Below are positions 36,901 to 45,308 of a DNA stretch of 64,000 nucleotides, one piece after another. Location: assembly GCA_028718605.1 (NCBI GenBank), contig JAQULM010000002.1, forward strand, positions 193,776 to 257,775, written 5' to 3'. Under the pieces are notes generated by a model that worked only from the letters and a program-made list of their open reading frames with translations, was not told where the DNA came from and did not search any database. Numbering within the stretch: the first letter of the stretch is position 1; every line of letters starts with the position of its first letter. The position numbers were made by a program, and so were the translations under genes. This DNA comes from Patescibacteria group bacterium (lineage in GTDB: Bacteria > Patescibacteriota > Patescibacteriia > UBA10025 > JAHIVO01).

Positions 36901-37421
36901 CGGTTCGGGATGATTTTCGCGCCGTAGTGCCGCTTGTCACGGATTGTCTCGGAGTTAAAAAATACGCCAGCTGAACGGATCAGCTGGCTTACCACGACGC
37001 GCTCGATGCCATTGATGACAAACGTGCCGCGATCAGTCATGATCGGGAAATCACCGAGGTAAATTTCCTGTTCCTTGATTTCGCCCGTCTTCTTGTTCAC
37101 CAGCTTGGTCTCGACACGCAACGGCGCTTCGAACGTCACGTTCTTCTCCCGTGCCGTCCACTCGTCGAACCGGGGTTCATCAAGATAATAATTGAGGAAA
37201 TACAATTCAAGGTCGCGTCCAATAAAATCCCTGATCGGCGAAATCTCATCGAAGAGCTCGCGCAGGCCGGATTCCAAAAGCCATGCGTATGAAGATTTCT
37301 GGACATCAATCAGATCAGGCAACTCAATGGCAGCCTGAATTTCTGAAAAATGCTTTCGGGTTGATGCCGATACGGCAACAGTCGATGAAGTAGACATAAA
37401 ATAAACCCTCTTCTTTGTCAT
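33990..37421 (-). CDS. rpoB: DNA-directed RNA polymerase subunit beta
   Basis: 1143 aa. Conserved rifampicin-cluster and beta C-terminal regions. The rpoC start lies 6 nt downstream of the rpoB stop. Confidence 0.98.
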   Translation of the reverse strand: MTKKRVYFMSTSSTVAVSASTRKHFSEIQAAIELPDLIDVQKSSYAWLLESGLRELFDEISPIRDFIGRDLELYFLNYYLDEPRFDEWTAREKNVTFEAPLRVETKLVNKKTGEIKEQEIYLGDFPIMTDRGTFVINGIERVVVSQLIRSAGVFFNSETIRDKRHYGAKIIPNRGAWLELETDMNNIISVKIDRKRKVPVTSLMRAFGYGSDEEIKNLFSDVDNDPDIRYIETTLAKDAARNEAEGLKEVYKRVRPGDLATVDNARDLIFKMFFSFDRYDFGRVGRYKLNQRFGFTFPNDKEHRVLQKDDLVAIVKEVIRLNKTQEAPDDIDHLGNRRVRAIGELVQNKFRVGLARMERIVKDRMSTLDINTLTPNQLINARPIIGAIKEFFMSSQLSQFMDQTNPLAELEHKRRLSAMGPGGLSRERAGFDVRDVHSTHYGRICPIATPEGPNIGLVGHLSCYARINDFGFIETPFRKVVHDIENKASVTEGEILRSDIPNESGTVVGHAGDTITRDLAKQLETTGAKTIPVKPRVTKEIVLLDAFVEERYVTTAATTPINDDGYFVNERAEVRLHGEPTVQSVAMVDYMDVAPYQIISVTTALIPFLEHDDAVRALMGSNMQRQAVPCVNPDTPLVGTGIEYKAARDSGQIIVAANDGKVVHADGREIQVQEKSGAMKKYLLKKFVRSNASTCVNQRSVVNVGQEVKAGEVLADGPATQGGELALGQNILVAFMSWEGGNYEDAILISDRLVQEDRFTSIHIEDYMVDVRDTKLGPEVVTRDIPNIGEDKLKDLDEEGIIRIGAEVSSGDILVGKITPKGETELSAEEKLLRAIFGEKAKDVKDSSLYLEHGEHGKVVDVKIFSRDRGDKLPSGIIKSIQVSVAQLRKVQVGDKMAGRHGNKGVISRIVADEDMPYMADGTPVDIVLNPLGVASRMNLGQILETHLGMAAHALGYTVASPALNGVSEEIIRSELVRAGFSEDGKIRLRDGRTGETFDQKVTVGYIYMMKLNHLVEDKIHMRSIGPYSLVTQQPLGGKAQFGGQRFGEMEVWALEAYGAAHTLQEMLTIKSDDVPGRSKAYEAIIKGEPIKRLNIPESFNVLVRELKGLCLDIELIGGSIEGDEPRKNRDEGDATAAKPEKQ

Positions 37422-37700
37422 ACAACAAAGAAAAGAGTGCCTCGTTTACTAATTTCGACTATCGATAAACGTCATTCAATGTTTGCGACGTTCCCTTTAT
37501 ATAAGGAATTTGTGCTTAGGAGTGTAGCAGATGAGTATTGGTATGTCAAGCTTTCTGTGGGAATACTTATAAATATATATTATATTCACCAATATTAGCC
37601 AAAATGAATTTTAAACTAAAAGCGCAATTATTACCCGAAAAACAGTTTATCCACACAAAAATAGCGCGGATAAATGCACTCCGCGGGAATGCCCGCAGTA

Positions 37701-38180
37701 CTATTTCCACGCTTCGAGGTATGCGCCTTGGCGATCAGCACGGATAATCCGTAAGCACCTGACAACACGCTTCCGCGACTCCATGCTCAGCAGCGGTAAA
37801 GCGCTTGCGGCATGAAAAAATGCCCACTCGGTTATTTCATTTCCGCGAAGCCGAATTTTTTTCACCTGCGGCTTCCTCAGTACGCCGCCATAAAAAATAA
37901 ACTGCAATGCCTCAGTTTTTACACCGCGAGCGCGCACATAATCCACGGCTACAAACTCTGGCTCCTTGATTGCCAGTCCGATTTCCTCCCGCACTTCGCG
38001 TATTGCGGCAGCTCGCGGCGGCTCATTCAAATCAACACCGCCGCCCGGGAGAGACCAGTGTCCTTTGTATGATGGTTTTACGAGCAGCACCTGGCCTCGA
38101 ACATTCAAAAAAATAACCCCCGAACCGATACGTTTACGCGGCAATCCCCGATAAAACTTGCTATCGCTCATTTTTTTCAT
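37701..38180 (-). CDS. NUDIX hydrolase
   Basis: 159 aa. Nudix box GGGVDLNEPPRAAAIREVREEIGL (GX5EX7REUXEEXGU). Confidence 0.85.
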   Translation of the reverse strand: MKKMSDSKFYRGLPRKRIGSGVIFLNVRGQVLLVKPSYKGHWSLPGGGVDLNEPPRAAAIREVREEIGLAIKEPEFVAVDYVRARGVKTEALQFIFYGGVLRKPQVKKIRLRGNEITEWAFFHAASALPLLSMESRKRVVRCLRIIRADRQGAYLEAWK

Positions 38181-39496
38181 TCGCGTGCTTCGTTCAGTAA
38201 ACCAACGATTACTTTTTTATCATCCCACGGTACCAGCTTCCCATCTCCAACCGCCATCTTTGTTTCCCCTCCCTTGCCAGTAATTAGAACTATGTCTCCC
38301 CGGTCAGCCAATGCCAACGCCCTACGAATCGCCTCTCCGCGATCGAGAATCCGCCAGCAATCCTGCCCCTCTGTTTTACCTGCCTCGATCGCGCCGGCAA
38401 AAACGCTACCAATAATCGCCTGCGGATCTTCATCGTACGGATCTTCATTCGTCACGATAACAGAGTCAGCATACCTGCCCGCAATACTGCCCAGTATCGG
38501 CCGCTTCGCCCGATCCCTACCGCCGCCCTGCGACCCGAGCACACCGATGATTTTCCGGGGAGTGAACGACCGAACGGTCTGGTACACCGCTTCGAGCGAA
38601 GCCGGCTCATGCGCGTAATCAACGAAAATGCGGATGCCACGCTTATTTTCAATTTCCTCCATTCTCCCTGGCAACGGACTGGCTGATTCTAATGTGCGTT
38701 TCATGGATTCAAGCGCAATGCCCTGCGACATGCCGACCGCGATGGCAGCGAGCGCGTTTGAAACATTAAATTCCCCGAGCAAACGCATGGCGATCGTCGT
38801 CCCGTTGATATCAAACGAAATGCCATCCGGCCTTAATGCAACCTCTGTGGCATGAAGGGTATGCGGAATCCCGGTTACCATTGATTTCAAACCGTACACC
38901 CACTTATCGTCAGCGGGTGGGGCCAGGAATCGCTCTGCCTCGGTATCATCAGAATTTGCTATAACAATCTTTTTCACATCATGGCCAGCGATGTGTTTCC
39001 GGCAGCTCCGATACAAACCAGAAAACAGCTTTAATTTTGCCGCACGGTACTTTTCATAGCTCCCGTGCGATTCAATGTGCTCGGGCGAAAGGTTTGTGAA
39101 CACGGCAACGTCATACGCGATGCCGAGATGTCGGTACTGGGCAATCCCCTCCGATGACGTTTCGACGACGGCGTACCGGCAGCCTGCCCGCACCATCTGC
39201 GAAAGCAACTGCTGCAGCCGGAACCTGCCCGGCATTGTCTGCTTGGTTTCGTTCAGCCATTCACGAGGCCCAATTTTATATTTGATTGTCGACACGAGCC
39301 CGACCGTTTGGCCGGCGCCTTCCAATATCTTCGCTGCGAGGTTCGCAACCGTGGACTTGCCCTTCGTGCCCGTTACGCCGATTACCACCATCCGGCATGA
39401 CGGATGGCCGAACAGAACAGCACCGAGCTTCGCGAGCGACCAGTGGTACCAGCGCAATGCAGGCTTGGGGACGAATTTTTTTATCAGTGATTTCAT
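38177..39496 (-). CDS. Mur ligase family protein (MurE/Mpl-like UDP-N-acetylmuramoyl-peptide ligase)
   Basis: 439 aa. P-loop VIGVTGTKGKST, DYAHEP...GS(Q)GGGRD C-terminal domain motif. Exact Mur paralog not assignable. Confidence 0.7.
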   Translation of the reverse strand: MKSLIKKFVPKPALRWYHWSLAKLGAVLFGHPSCRMVVIGVTGTKGKSTVANLAAKILEGAGQTVGLVSTIKYKIGPREWLNETKQTMPGRFRLQQLLSQMVRAGCRYAVVETSSEGIAQYRHLGIAYDVAVFTNLSPEHIESHGSYEKYRAAKLKLFSGLYRSCRKHIAGHDVKKIVIANSDDTEAERFLAPPADDKWVYGLKSMVTGIPHTLHATEVALRPDGISFDINGTTIAMRLLGEFNVSNALAAIAVGMSQGIALESMKRTLESASPLPGRMEEIENKRGIRIFVDYAHEPASLEAVYQTVRSFTPRKIIGVLGSQGGGRDRAKRPILGSIAGRYADSVIVTNEDPYDEDPQAIIGSVFAGAIEAGKTEGQDCWRILDRGEAIRRALALADRGDIVLITGKGGETKMAVGDGKLVPWDDKKVIVGLLNEARE

Positions 39497-39813
39497 GAAG
39501 CTCGCGGATTCCTTGTCTCGTCAACCAACCAACGCTCATACGATCTCAAAACGCGGCCAACAGGCAGTTCGACAATGCAAGGCACGTCATGGGAATGCTC
39601 GGTGTTAATCAACGCTTTGATCGTCCTAAAATACTTCTTCTGGGTTGCGATGAGGGTAACGATTCCCTTTGTTTGAACCATTTTTCCGCGCCACCAATAC
39701 ATGTCCTCCTGTTTAATAAAATTGACACAAGCGGCTAAATGCTTTTGCAGTATTACCTTTGATATTCTCCTGGCTTCTTTGATTGTCGGGTAATGGACGT
39801 AAACGTGGATCAT
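39493..39813 (-). CDS. cutA: divalent-cation tolerance protein CutA
   Basis: 106 aa. LAAC...Y.W.GK...KT...H.Y..P....LP pattern of CutA1. Confidence 0.8.
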   Translation of the reverse strand: MIHVYVHYPTIKEARRISKVILQKHLAACVNFIKQEDMYWWRGKMVQTKGIVTLIATQKKYFRTIKALINTEHSHDVPCIVELPVGRVLRSYERWLVDETRNPRAS

Positions 39814-39931
39814 AGTAAATCGTTTGGGTTAGGGTTGGCGCAGCTCGTATCGTTGAAGGGTGTAGCTGGCGGCTTAATAACACCGTAACCCCAAACTTTA
39901 ACGATACGGGCGGCGATACCACCACCGCCAC

Positions 39932-40324
39932 CTATTCCGCCCTGATCAAATTCCCTTCCGGATCCAGCTCGACGAAATGGTGGACGCTTCCTGCGCGATA
40001 GAGCACGCACTGGTTTGCCGGATCTTCGTCGACTGCTTGCCGTGGATTGTGCGCAATATCTGCAGCCCAATCGGGGATAACGGTGTTTGACAGGCACGGA
40101 CCCTGCGACAGGTCCGTCTCTATCTGAAACTGGATGCGCCACAGTTCTTTCGCCTTCGCGATCGCCAGGTCCTTGTCCGCCTTTTCCTTGATCTTAATGT
40201 CGGCGGTTCCGGTCGCAATATCAAGTGCCGAATAACCGTTCGTGTTCGATGACTTTTTCGCGCATGCGGTGACCACGAACGCAACCACGGCAATGCACAC
40301 GATAATGAGTATTTTTTTTACCAT
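39932..40324 (-). CDS. putative secreted lipoprotein (130 aa)
   Basis: N-terminus MVKKILIIVCIAVVAFVVTAC with lipobox-like VTAC. Upstream, a -10 TATAAT and AAGGAG RBS lie 9 nt before the ATG. Confidence 0.6.
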   Translation of the reverse strand: MVKKILIIVCIAVVAFVVTACAKKSSNTNGYSALDIATGTADIKIKEKADKDLAIAKAKELWRIQFQIETDLSQGPCLSNTVIPDWAADIAHNPRQAVDEDPANQCVLYRAGSVHHFVELDPEGNLIRAE

Positions 40325-40529
40325 ATAATTAGGCTCCTTGTATCGCTATTATAATGCCTCTGCAATATTAAAACAAACCAAAAACCGCCGCCTCCATTCT
40401 ATCATTCTGAGGCTCGGTATCATCAAGGCCAGAGAATCCCCCGACCAAAGGTCGGGAGACGCTTCGCTTCACTCAGCGTGACAATCGTAGAGCAGCACGA
40501 ATCTGCTCCTGCTACTAATAACTAACGTC

Positions 40530-41681
40530 CTACTTCTTCAGTACGCCTACCTTATCCAGCTTCTCCCACGGCACGTCAATATCAGTCCGGCCAAAATGCC
40601 CATACGCCGCCGTCTGCTCGTAGATGGGGCGCTCGAGGTCGAGCTCGCGGATGATGTCAGCCGGCTTGACCGGGAAGTGCTGCTCAACAAGCTTCTCAAT
40701 CTCATCGTCCGGTTTCGTACCGGTACCGTAGGTATCGATAAAAATCGAAACAGGTTTGGCAACGCCGATTGAATACGCGAGCTGCACCAAACACTTCGTC
40801 GCCAGCCCCGCAGCTACAATGTTTTTCGCAATATACCGGGCTGCATAGGCAGCGCTCCGGTCTACTTTAGTCACGCACTTGCCGGAAAAACAGCCGCCGC
40901 CGTGGGGGGCGCTGCCGCCGTACGTATCAACGATAATCTTGCGGCCGGTAAGCCCGGTGTCTGCCGGGGGGCCGCCAAGCACAAACTTGCCGGTAGAATT
41001 GATGAACAATTGCGTGTCCCGCGTCATCCACTTCCCCAACACTGGCTCAATGACGTGCTTCTTGATATCAGCTCGCAATGTTCCCATTTTTACCGAATCC
41101 GAATGATGTGCCGCGATGACCACCGTCGTCACCCGCTCCGGTTTGCCGTCTACGTACTCGACGCTTACCTGCGACTTACCGTCCGGCCGCAAGTAGGTAA
41201 GTGTTTTATTCTTGCGGACTTCCGCAAGTTTCCTGGCAAGCTGGTGCGCGAGTGATATGGGGAGCGGCATCAGCTCCGGCGTCTCGTCGCACGCGAAACC
41301 GAACATCATGCCCTGGTCACCCGCTCCCTGCTCCTTAAATTCTCCCGTGCCATCAACGCCCTGGGCAATATCCGGAGACTGCTCGTGGAGCGTGCTAATG
41401 ACGCCAATGTCCTTATAGCAGAAACCGAACTCCGGATCATCATACCCGATGCGCTTCAGTGTCCGGCGGACGATTTCCTGGATATCAACGTACGCTTCTG
41501 TCCGTGCTTCGCCGCCAACCATAACAAGGCCGGTCGTGGCAAAGCACTCGATACCTGCGTGTGTCTTTGGATCCTGCCTCAGCATCTCGTCATAAATCGC
41601 ATCCGACAGCTGATCGCACACCTTGTCCGGGTGCCCTTCGGTCACGGACTCCGACGTGAATATTTTCTTCTGGCTTTTCAT
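40530..41681 (-). CDS. metK: S-adenosylmethionine synthetase
   Basis: 383 aa. GHPDK, GAGDQG, DTYGG hallmark motifs. Confidence 0.97.
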   Translation of the reverse strand: MKSQKKIFTSESVTEGHPDKVCDQLSDAIYDEMLRQDPKTHAGIECFATTGLVMVGGEARTEAYVDIQEIVRRTLKRIGYDDPEFGFCYKDIGVISTLHEQSPDIAQGVDGTGEFKEQGAGDQGMMFGFACDETPELMPLPISLAHQLARKLAEVRKNKTLTYLRPDGKSQVSVEYVDGKPERVTTVVIAAHHSDSVKMGTLRADIKKHVIEPVLGKWMTRDTQLFINSTGKFVLGGPPADTGLTGRKIIVDTYGGSAPHGGGCFSGKCVTKVDRSAAYAARYIAKNIVAAGLATKCLVQLAYSIGVAKPVSIFIDTYGTGTKPDDEIEKLVEQHFPVKPADIIRELDLERPIYEQTAAYGHFGRTDIDVPWEKLDKVGVLKK

Positions 41682-41704
41682 ATGATTGAATTGATTGTAT
41701 TAAT

Positions 41705-41872
41705 TAAATAAAAAATCTCTTCGTAGATAAGAGATTGGTTCACAGAGTATGACTCTTATCTGTCCTCATCGAACGACGAGGCTGGATGTGGCACCTTGCG
41801 CATGTCTTGAACAAACGCAGGTTGTCGGAGCGTTATCGGGCCAGAACCCTCGGCTCACTCTTGATAATTGGT
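41705..41872 (-). promoter_or_regulatory. SAM-I (S-box) riboswitch with terminator expression platform in the metK leader
   Basis: Minus-strand RNA: AUUAUCAAGAGUGAGCCGAGGGUUCUGGCCCGAUAACGCUCCGACAACC...GGUGCCACAUCCAGCC...GAUGAGGACAGAUAAGAG, then CUCUUAUCUACGAAGAGAUUUUUUAUUU. It matches the SAM-I consensus: UUAUCAAGAG, GAGGG, CUGGCCCGAU, GCAACC, GGUGCCA, AUCC, GAUGAG, with P1 UUAUC/GAUAA. The terminator hairpin ends 24 nt before the metK ATG. Confidence 0.8.
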
Positions 41873-41983
41873 TTTCGGTTGTAAATGATAGGGACACTAT
41901 AGCAAACAGTGTCGCGGCAGTCAATGCCAGCTTGACAGGACCCCCAGACGGTATACAATGGTGTTTCCATAATCAGCCACCCT

Positions 41984-42835
41984 ATGCTCGATAATAACCT
42001 GCAATACCTGATCAAGCTGTCAGAGGAAATTAAAAACAGCAGCCGCAACCAGCGGCTCGCGAAGACGTTAATATTCATTTTCCTGACATCGCTCATCGCA
42101 TCACTGCTGTTCTACGGGCTGAATGCGATCGACCAACAGTTCGTGCACAAAATCACTGAGTACGTCCCGGAGGCATTTCTGTACCTCGAACTGCTTATCC
42201 TTTCGGTATTCGCCAGCCTCGGTTGTATCAAAATATATGAATGGATGCGATCGTTCGAACGGTTTGGGAAATATTCCTGGGATTCCCAAACAGTCTTGCA
42301 TGACTGGCGATTCCAGGGCATTCTCCGCAGTGACCAGGCGCGGAAAGCGCTCGTGCTGACCGACTCTGACGCCGGATGCATTCTGCACCGCAGAAGTTGG
42401 AAAAACTTCACATTCAAATTCTCATTCCTCATCGGCAACGAACACGGATTCGGCGTTGTATTCCGGGCACAGGACCTTGAAAACTACCTCATGTTCAAGG
42501 TAAACCCGGGCCAACCGATAAGCTTCCACTACCGCGACAGCGGGAGCTGGCAAATACTGAAAGGAAGTGGCCCTGCCGTTACCCTGCCGATCGGGAAATG
42601 GGTCGAGGGATCGCTCGAAGTGCGCGAACAACAGGCGAAACTCGAACTCAATGGAACTACGATTGACTATGTGCTCCCGAACTTCGCAATACTGAACTAC
42701 GTCGTTTCCAAAGACCAACAAAGGGTAGAAAACCCACTCGTCATCCCTATCACGCACAACCGCGGTTCTGTCGGCTTTCGTGCGTTCGGGGACGAAGAGC
42801 TGCACTTCAAGGATGTCACCGTCGAGCGGCTATAA
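41984..42835 (+). CDS. membrane protein with C-terminal DUF1080/LamG-like (3-keto-disaccharide-hydrolase-like) jelly-roll domain
   Basis: 283 aa. Two N-terminal hydrophobic segments. C-terminal WKNFTFKFSFLIGNEHGFGVVFRAQD...KVNPGQ...GKWVEGSLEVREQQAKLELNGT resembles the DUF1080 pattern. Confidence 0.45.
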   Translation: MLDNNLQYLIKLSEEIKNSSRNQRLAKTLIFIFLTSLIASLLFYGLNAIDQQFVHKITEYVPEAFLYLELLILSVFASLGCIKIYEWMRSFERFGKYSWDSQTVLHDWRFQGILRSDQARKALVLTDSDAGCILHRRSWKNFTFKFSFLIGNEHGFGVVFRAQDLENYLMFKVNPGQPISFHYRDSGSWQILKGSGPAVTLPIGKWVEGSLEVREQQAKLELNGTTIDYVLPNFAILNYVVSKDQQRVENPLVIPITHNRGSVGFRAFGDEELHFKDVTVERL

Positions 42836-42932
42836 ATTTATACTGCCAATTTCTGCCGCGAATAGATTTATTCAAGTTCTTTGGGGTAGGCCAAGCATTC
42901 AATTCAGACAGCACCAAGGTTTATTAAAACTT

Positions 42933-43006
42933 GGGTCCGGGGTGTCATTAAGCCCCTCCAATAAGCAGTATGATAATTCGAGCAAGCGCATTGACGCCCC
43001 GGCGCC
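42933..43006. repeat. copy 1 of a ~75-nt conserved intergenic element (second copy 50653-50729); candidate structured RNA
   Basis: GGGTCCGGGG-TGTCATTAAGCCCCTCCAA-TAAGCAGTATGATAATTCGAGCAAGCGCATTGACG-CCCCGGCGCC versus GGGTCCGGGGGCTTCATTAAGCAACTCCAAACGGTAGTTCGGCAGGAATCAGGCAAGCGCATTGAAGCCCCCGGCGG. Conserved blocks are separated by length-variable blocks. The outer CCGGGG/CCCCGG stem becomes CCGGGGG/CCCCCGG in copy 2 (compensatory). Confidence 0.45.
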
Positions 43007-43140
43007 TCCCTTCGGCTTCGCTCAGGGCATGCTTTTCTGCTACTTGTATAGTAATATCGAACATCTTTTCTTGCTTGCCCGCCACTGGCGGGGCGCTAAG
43101 AAAAGCGGCTAAATAATTTCATTCATTAACTCCTTATAAT

Positions 43141-43204
43141 AAAAAAGCCCGCACCCATCTGGTAGCTACGCATTCGTAACTCTCACATGGCGGTGCGGGC
43201 TTTA
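43141..43204. terminator. putative bidirectional terminator-like hairpin between convergent genes (long-loop stem GCCCGCACC/GGTGCGGGC flanked by A6 and T3AT)
   Basis: AAAAAAGCCCGCACC-33 nt-GGTGCGGGCTTTAT. Confidence 0.3.
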
Positions 43205-43617
43205 TCGCACAACCCTCCCCTGCAGTGAGAAGGATTGGGATCCTCGCAAACAGTTGCTTGTTCGGATCACGAGGTAAGTATAGCACGATTTCCCTTTAAA
43301 ATCAATACGAAAGGGTTCAGGCAAGATCGATCCTGAACCCTTGTTCGATGTCCATCACTCCCAACCGAGCGTCCGAGCTATGGCTACCGCGAGGCAACCT
43401 TGGTCGGTCTCCTGTCCCAGTCTGAGAATTGTTCCAAGTGCGATTTTGGGGCTCCCTGAAGATTGAATAATGCACCGAATTACTTCTTCCAGGGTATCAA
43501 TTGTACCCTCTCGACTTCGCGCCAAACGAGTCCTCCTTTCGTTTTCGAATACGACAAACACGTTCGGATATATAGTGCATATCCTACCGGAATGTTCTCG
43601 GGAATGCAACTACGTAT

Positions 43618-45201
43618 TTACTGCGGTCCTGCGTCACGAACTGACGCCGGTGTATCCGGGAATTTCTTCAAAAAGTTTTCGCGGAACTTCAAAGCGAGAT
43701 CCCGCGCTTGCTTCTCGTACGCGCCCTTATCGGCCCACGTGCTCACCGGATCAAGTATCGCTGCGGGAACGTCCGGACATGACGCTGGCATGATCAGGTT
43801 GAATATCGGGTGCTCCCGGTACTGCACGCGATCCAGCTCGCCGTTCAGCGCCGCGGTAACCATGGCACGCGTCAGGGCAATGTCGATCCGCTTGCCGACG
43901 CCATACGGCCCGCCCGACCAACCAGTATTGATAAGAAATATATTCGTACGGTACTCCGTCGTATAGTCCCGCAGGAGGTTCGCGTACACCATCGGCTTTA
44001 CCGGCATGAACGGCTCGCCGAAGAATGACGAAAAAGTAACTTTCGGCTCAATGATTCCCCGCTCAGTGCCCGCGAGCTTGGCAGTGTAGCCGGACATGAA
44101 ATGGTACATCGCCTGTTCGTGCGTGAGACGAGCAATCGGGGGCAGCACGCCGAACGCATCGGCAGTCAGGAAAATAATGGTTTTCGGGTGCCCGCCCATT
44201 CCCGAAAGCTCGGCGTTCGGGATGCTCGTTAAGGGGTATGCGACGCGCGTGTTTTCGGTAATCGACTTGTCGGTATAATCATACTCTTTACTCTGAGGAT
44301 TCATCACAACGTTCTCAACAACAGCGCCATGTCGTACCGCATCGTAAATCTGCGGCTCTTTTTCGCGGGATAAATTAATGCATTTTGCATAACAGCCTGC
44401 CTCGAAATTAAAAACGCCGTTCTCGGACCACCCGTGTTCATCATCACCGATCAAGCGCCGGTTCGGGTCAGCGGACAGTGATGTTTTTCCCGTGCCGGAA
44501 AGGCCGAAAAATAACGCGGTATCGCCGGATGGGCCGATATTCGCGGAGCAGTGCATCGGGAATACGCCGTGCTGCGGGAGGAGGTAATTCATGATTGAAA
44601 AAACAGATTTCTTGATTTCACCGCCGTATTTCGTCGCGCCAATCAGCACCATCCGCTTTTCAAAGCTAATCACGATGAATGCCTCCGAACGTACGCCATC
44701 CACGGCAGGATCCGCAAGGCACCCAGGCGCAGACAGAATCGTAAAGCCGGGTACATACGCAGCCAGTTGCTGAATATCCGGATGCCGGAGGAGATGTGAT
44801 ATAAGCAGGTTTTGTGATGCGAATTCATTGACCACGCGGACGTTCAGGGCATGGCGCGGATCAGCACCGGCGATGCCGTCAAAAATATACAACTCCGGAC
44901 AGCGCGACAGGTAATCCGTGATTTTCGTGTACAGCTTTTCAAAAACACCCGTCGGCAGAGGTACATTAATTTTGCCCCAGTGAATTTGGTCGTGCACCGA
45001 TGGCTCGTCAACGATGTACCGGTCGTCCGGCGAACGCCCCGTATACTTTCCTGTCGTGACGGTGAGCGCTCCCGACGCGCTGATCACGCCCTCACCCTTT
45101 TTCACCGCGCGATCAACGAGATCGTCGACCGGGAGGTTCCGATGCACTTCGCCATGCGGCGTAATGCCAATTTTCCCAAGCCCAAAATCATTCATTGCCA
45201 T
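43618..45201 (-). CDS. pckA: phosphoenolpyruvate carboxykinase (ATP)
   Basis: Kinase-1a motif GLSGTGKTSLS, then RLIGDDEHGW, NTGW..G. The ORF-track start at 45267 is a TTG. The ATG at 45201 (MAMNDFGLGKIGI...) matches PckA N-termini. Confidence 0.93.
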   Translation of the reverse strand: MAMNDFGLGKIGITPHGEVHRNLPVDDLVDRAVKKGEGVISASGALTVTTGKYTGRSPDDRYIVDEPSVHDQIHWGKINVPLPTGVFEKLYTKITDYLSRCPELYIFDGIAGADPRHALNVRVVNEFASQNLLISHLLRHPDIQQLAAYVPGFTILSAPGCLADPAVDGVRSEAFIVISFEKRMVLIGATKYGGEIKKSVFSIMNYLLPQHGVFPMHCSANIGPSGDTALFFGLSGTGKTSLSADPNRRLIGDDEHGWSENGVFNFEAGCYAKCINLSREKEPQIYDAVRHGAVVENVVMNPQSKEYDYTDKSITENTRVAYPLTSIPNAELSGMGGHPKTIIFLTADAFGVLPPIARLTHEQAMYHFMSGYTAKLAGTERGIIEPKVTFSSFFGEPFMPVKPMVYANLLRDYTTEYRTNIFLINTGWSGGPYGVGKRIDIALTRAMVTAALNGELDRVQYREHPIFNLIMPASCPDVPAAILDPVSTWADKGAYEKQARDLALKFRENFLKKFPDTPASVRDAGPQ

Positions 45202-45308
45202 ATTTTCTTTTTTAATAGTGAATGTTCGCGTTTTCGTTAATAAATATTGTGAACCGAAAAAAAACAAAACCGCCTAACGATACAAGCTGCGCAAACGCCA
45301 ATACAACC

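Noticed and set aside
40325-40529. Possible small RNA between metK and the lipoprotein gene (hairpins CCCGACC-tttg-GGTCGGG, GAGCAG-attcgtg-CTGCTC)
   Set aside because: Hairpins lack U-tracts and match no RNA family I can recognise. The region also carries a plausible -10 TATAAT / AAGGAG for the lipoprotein gene, so it is most simply a terminator/promoter spacer.
42933-43006. Conserved small peptide (…GSG…SKRIDAP… vs …GSG…GKRIEAP…) encoded by the two element copies
   Set aside because: Spacing between conserved nucleotide blocks differs by +1 and +2 nt between copies, so no single reading frame is preserved. RNA-level conservation is more parsimonious.
43355-43609. 84-aa minus-strand ORF in the long intergenic region
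   Set aside because: Starts with TTG, no RBS, no recognisable family. Kept only as a note in findings, not as a feature.
45202-45267. ORF-track N-terminal extensions (pckA to 45267, nucleotidyltransferase to 47755, 155-aa gene to 52851, sigma to 63950, 188-aa and 293-aa versions of the 141-aa and 224-aa genes)
   Set aside because: Checked on the DNA: these start at TTG (complement caa), or run across an upstream RBS/ATG combination or a terminator. Internal ATGs with AGGAGG-like RBS or family-consistent N-termini were used instead.
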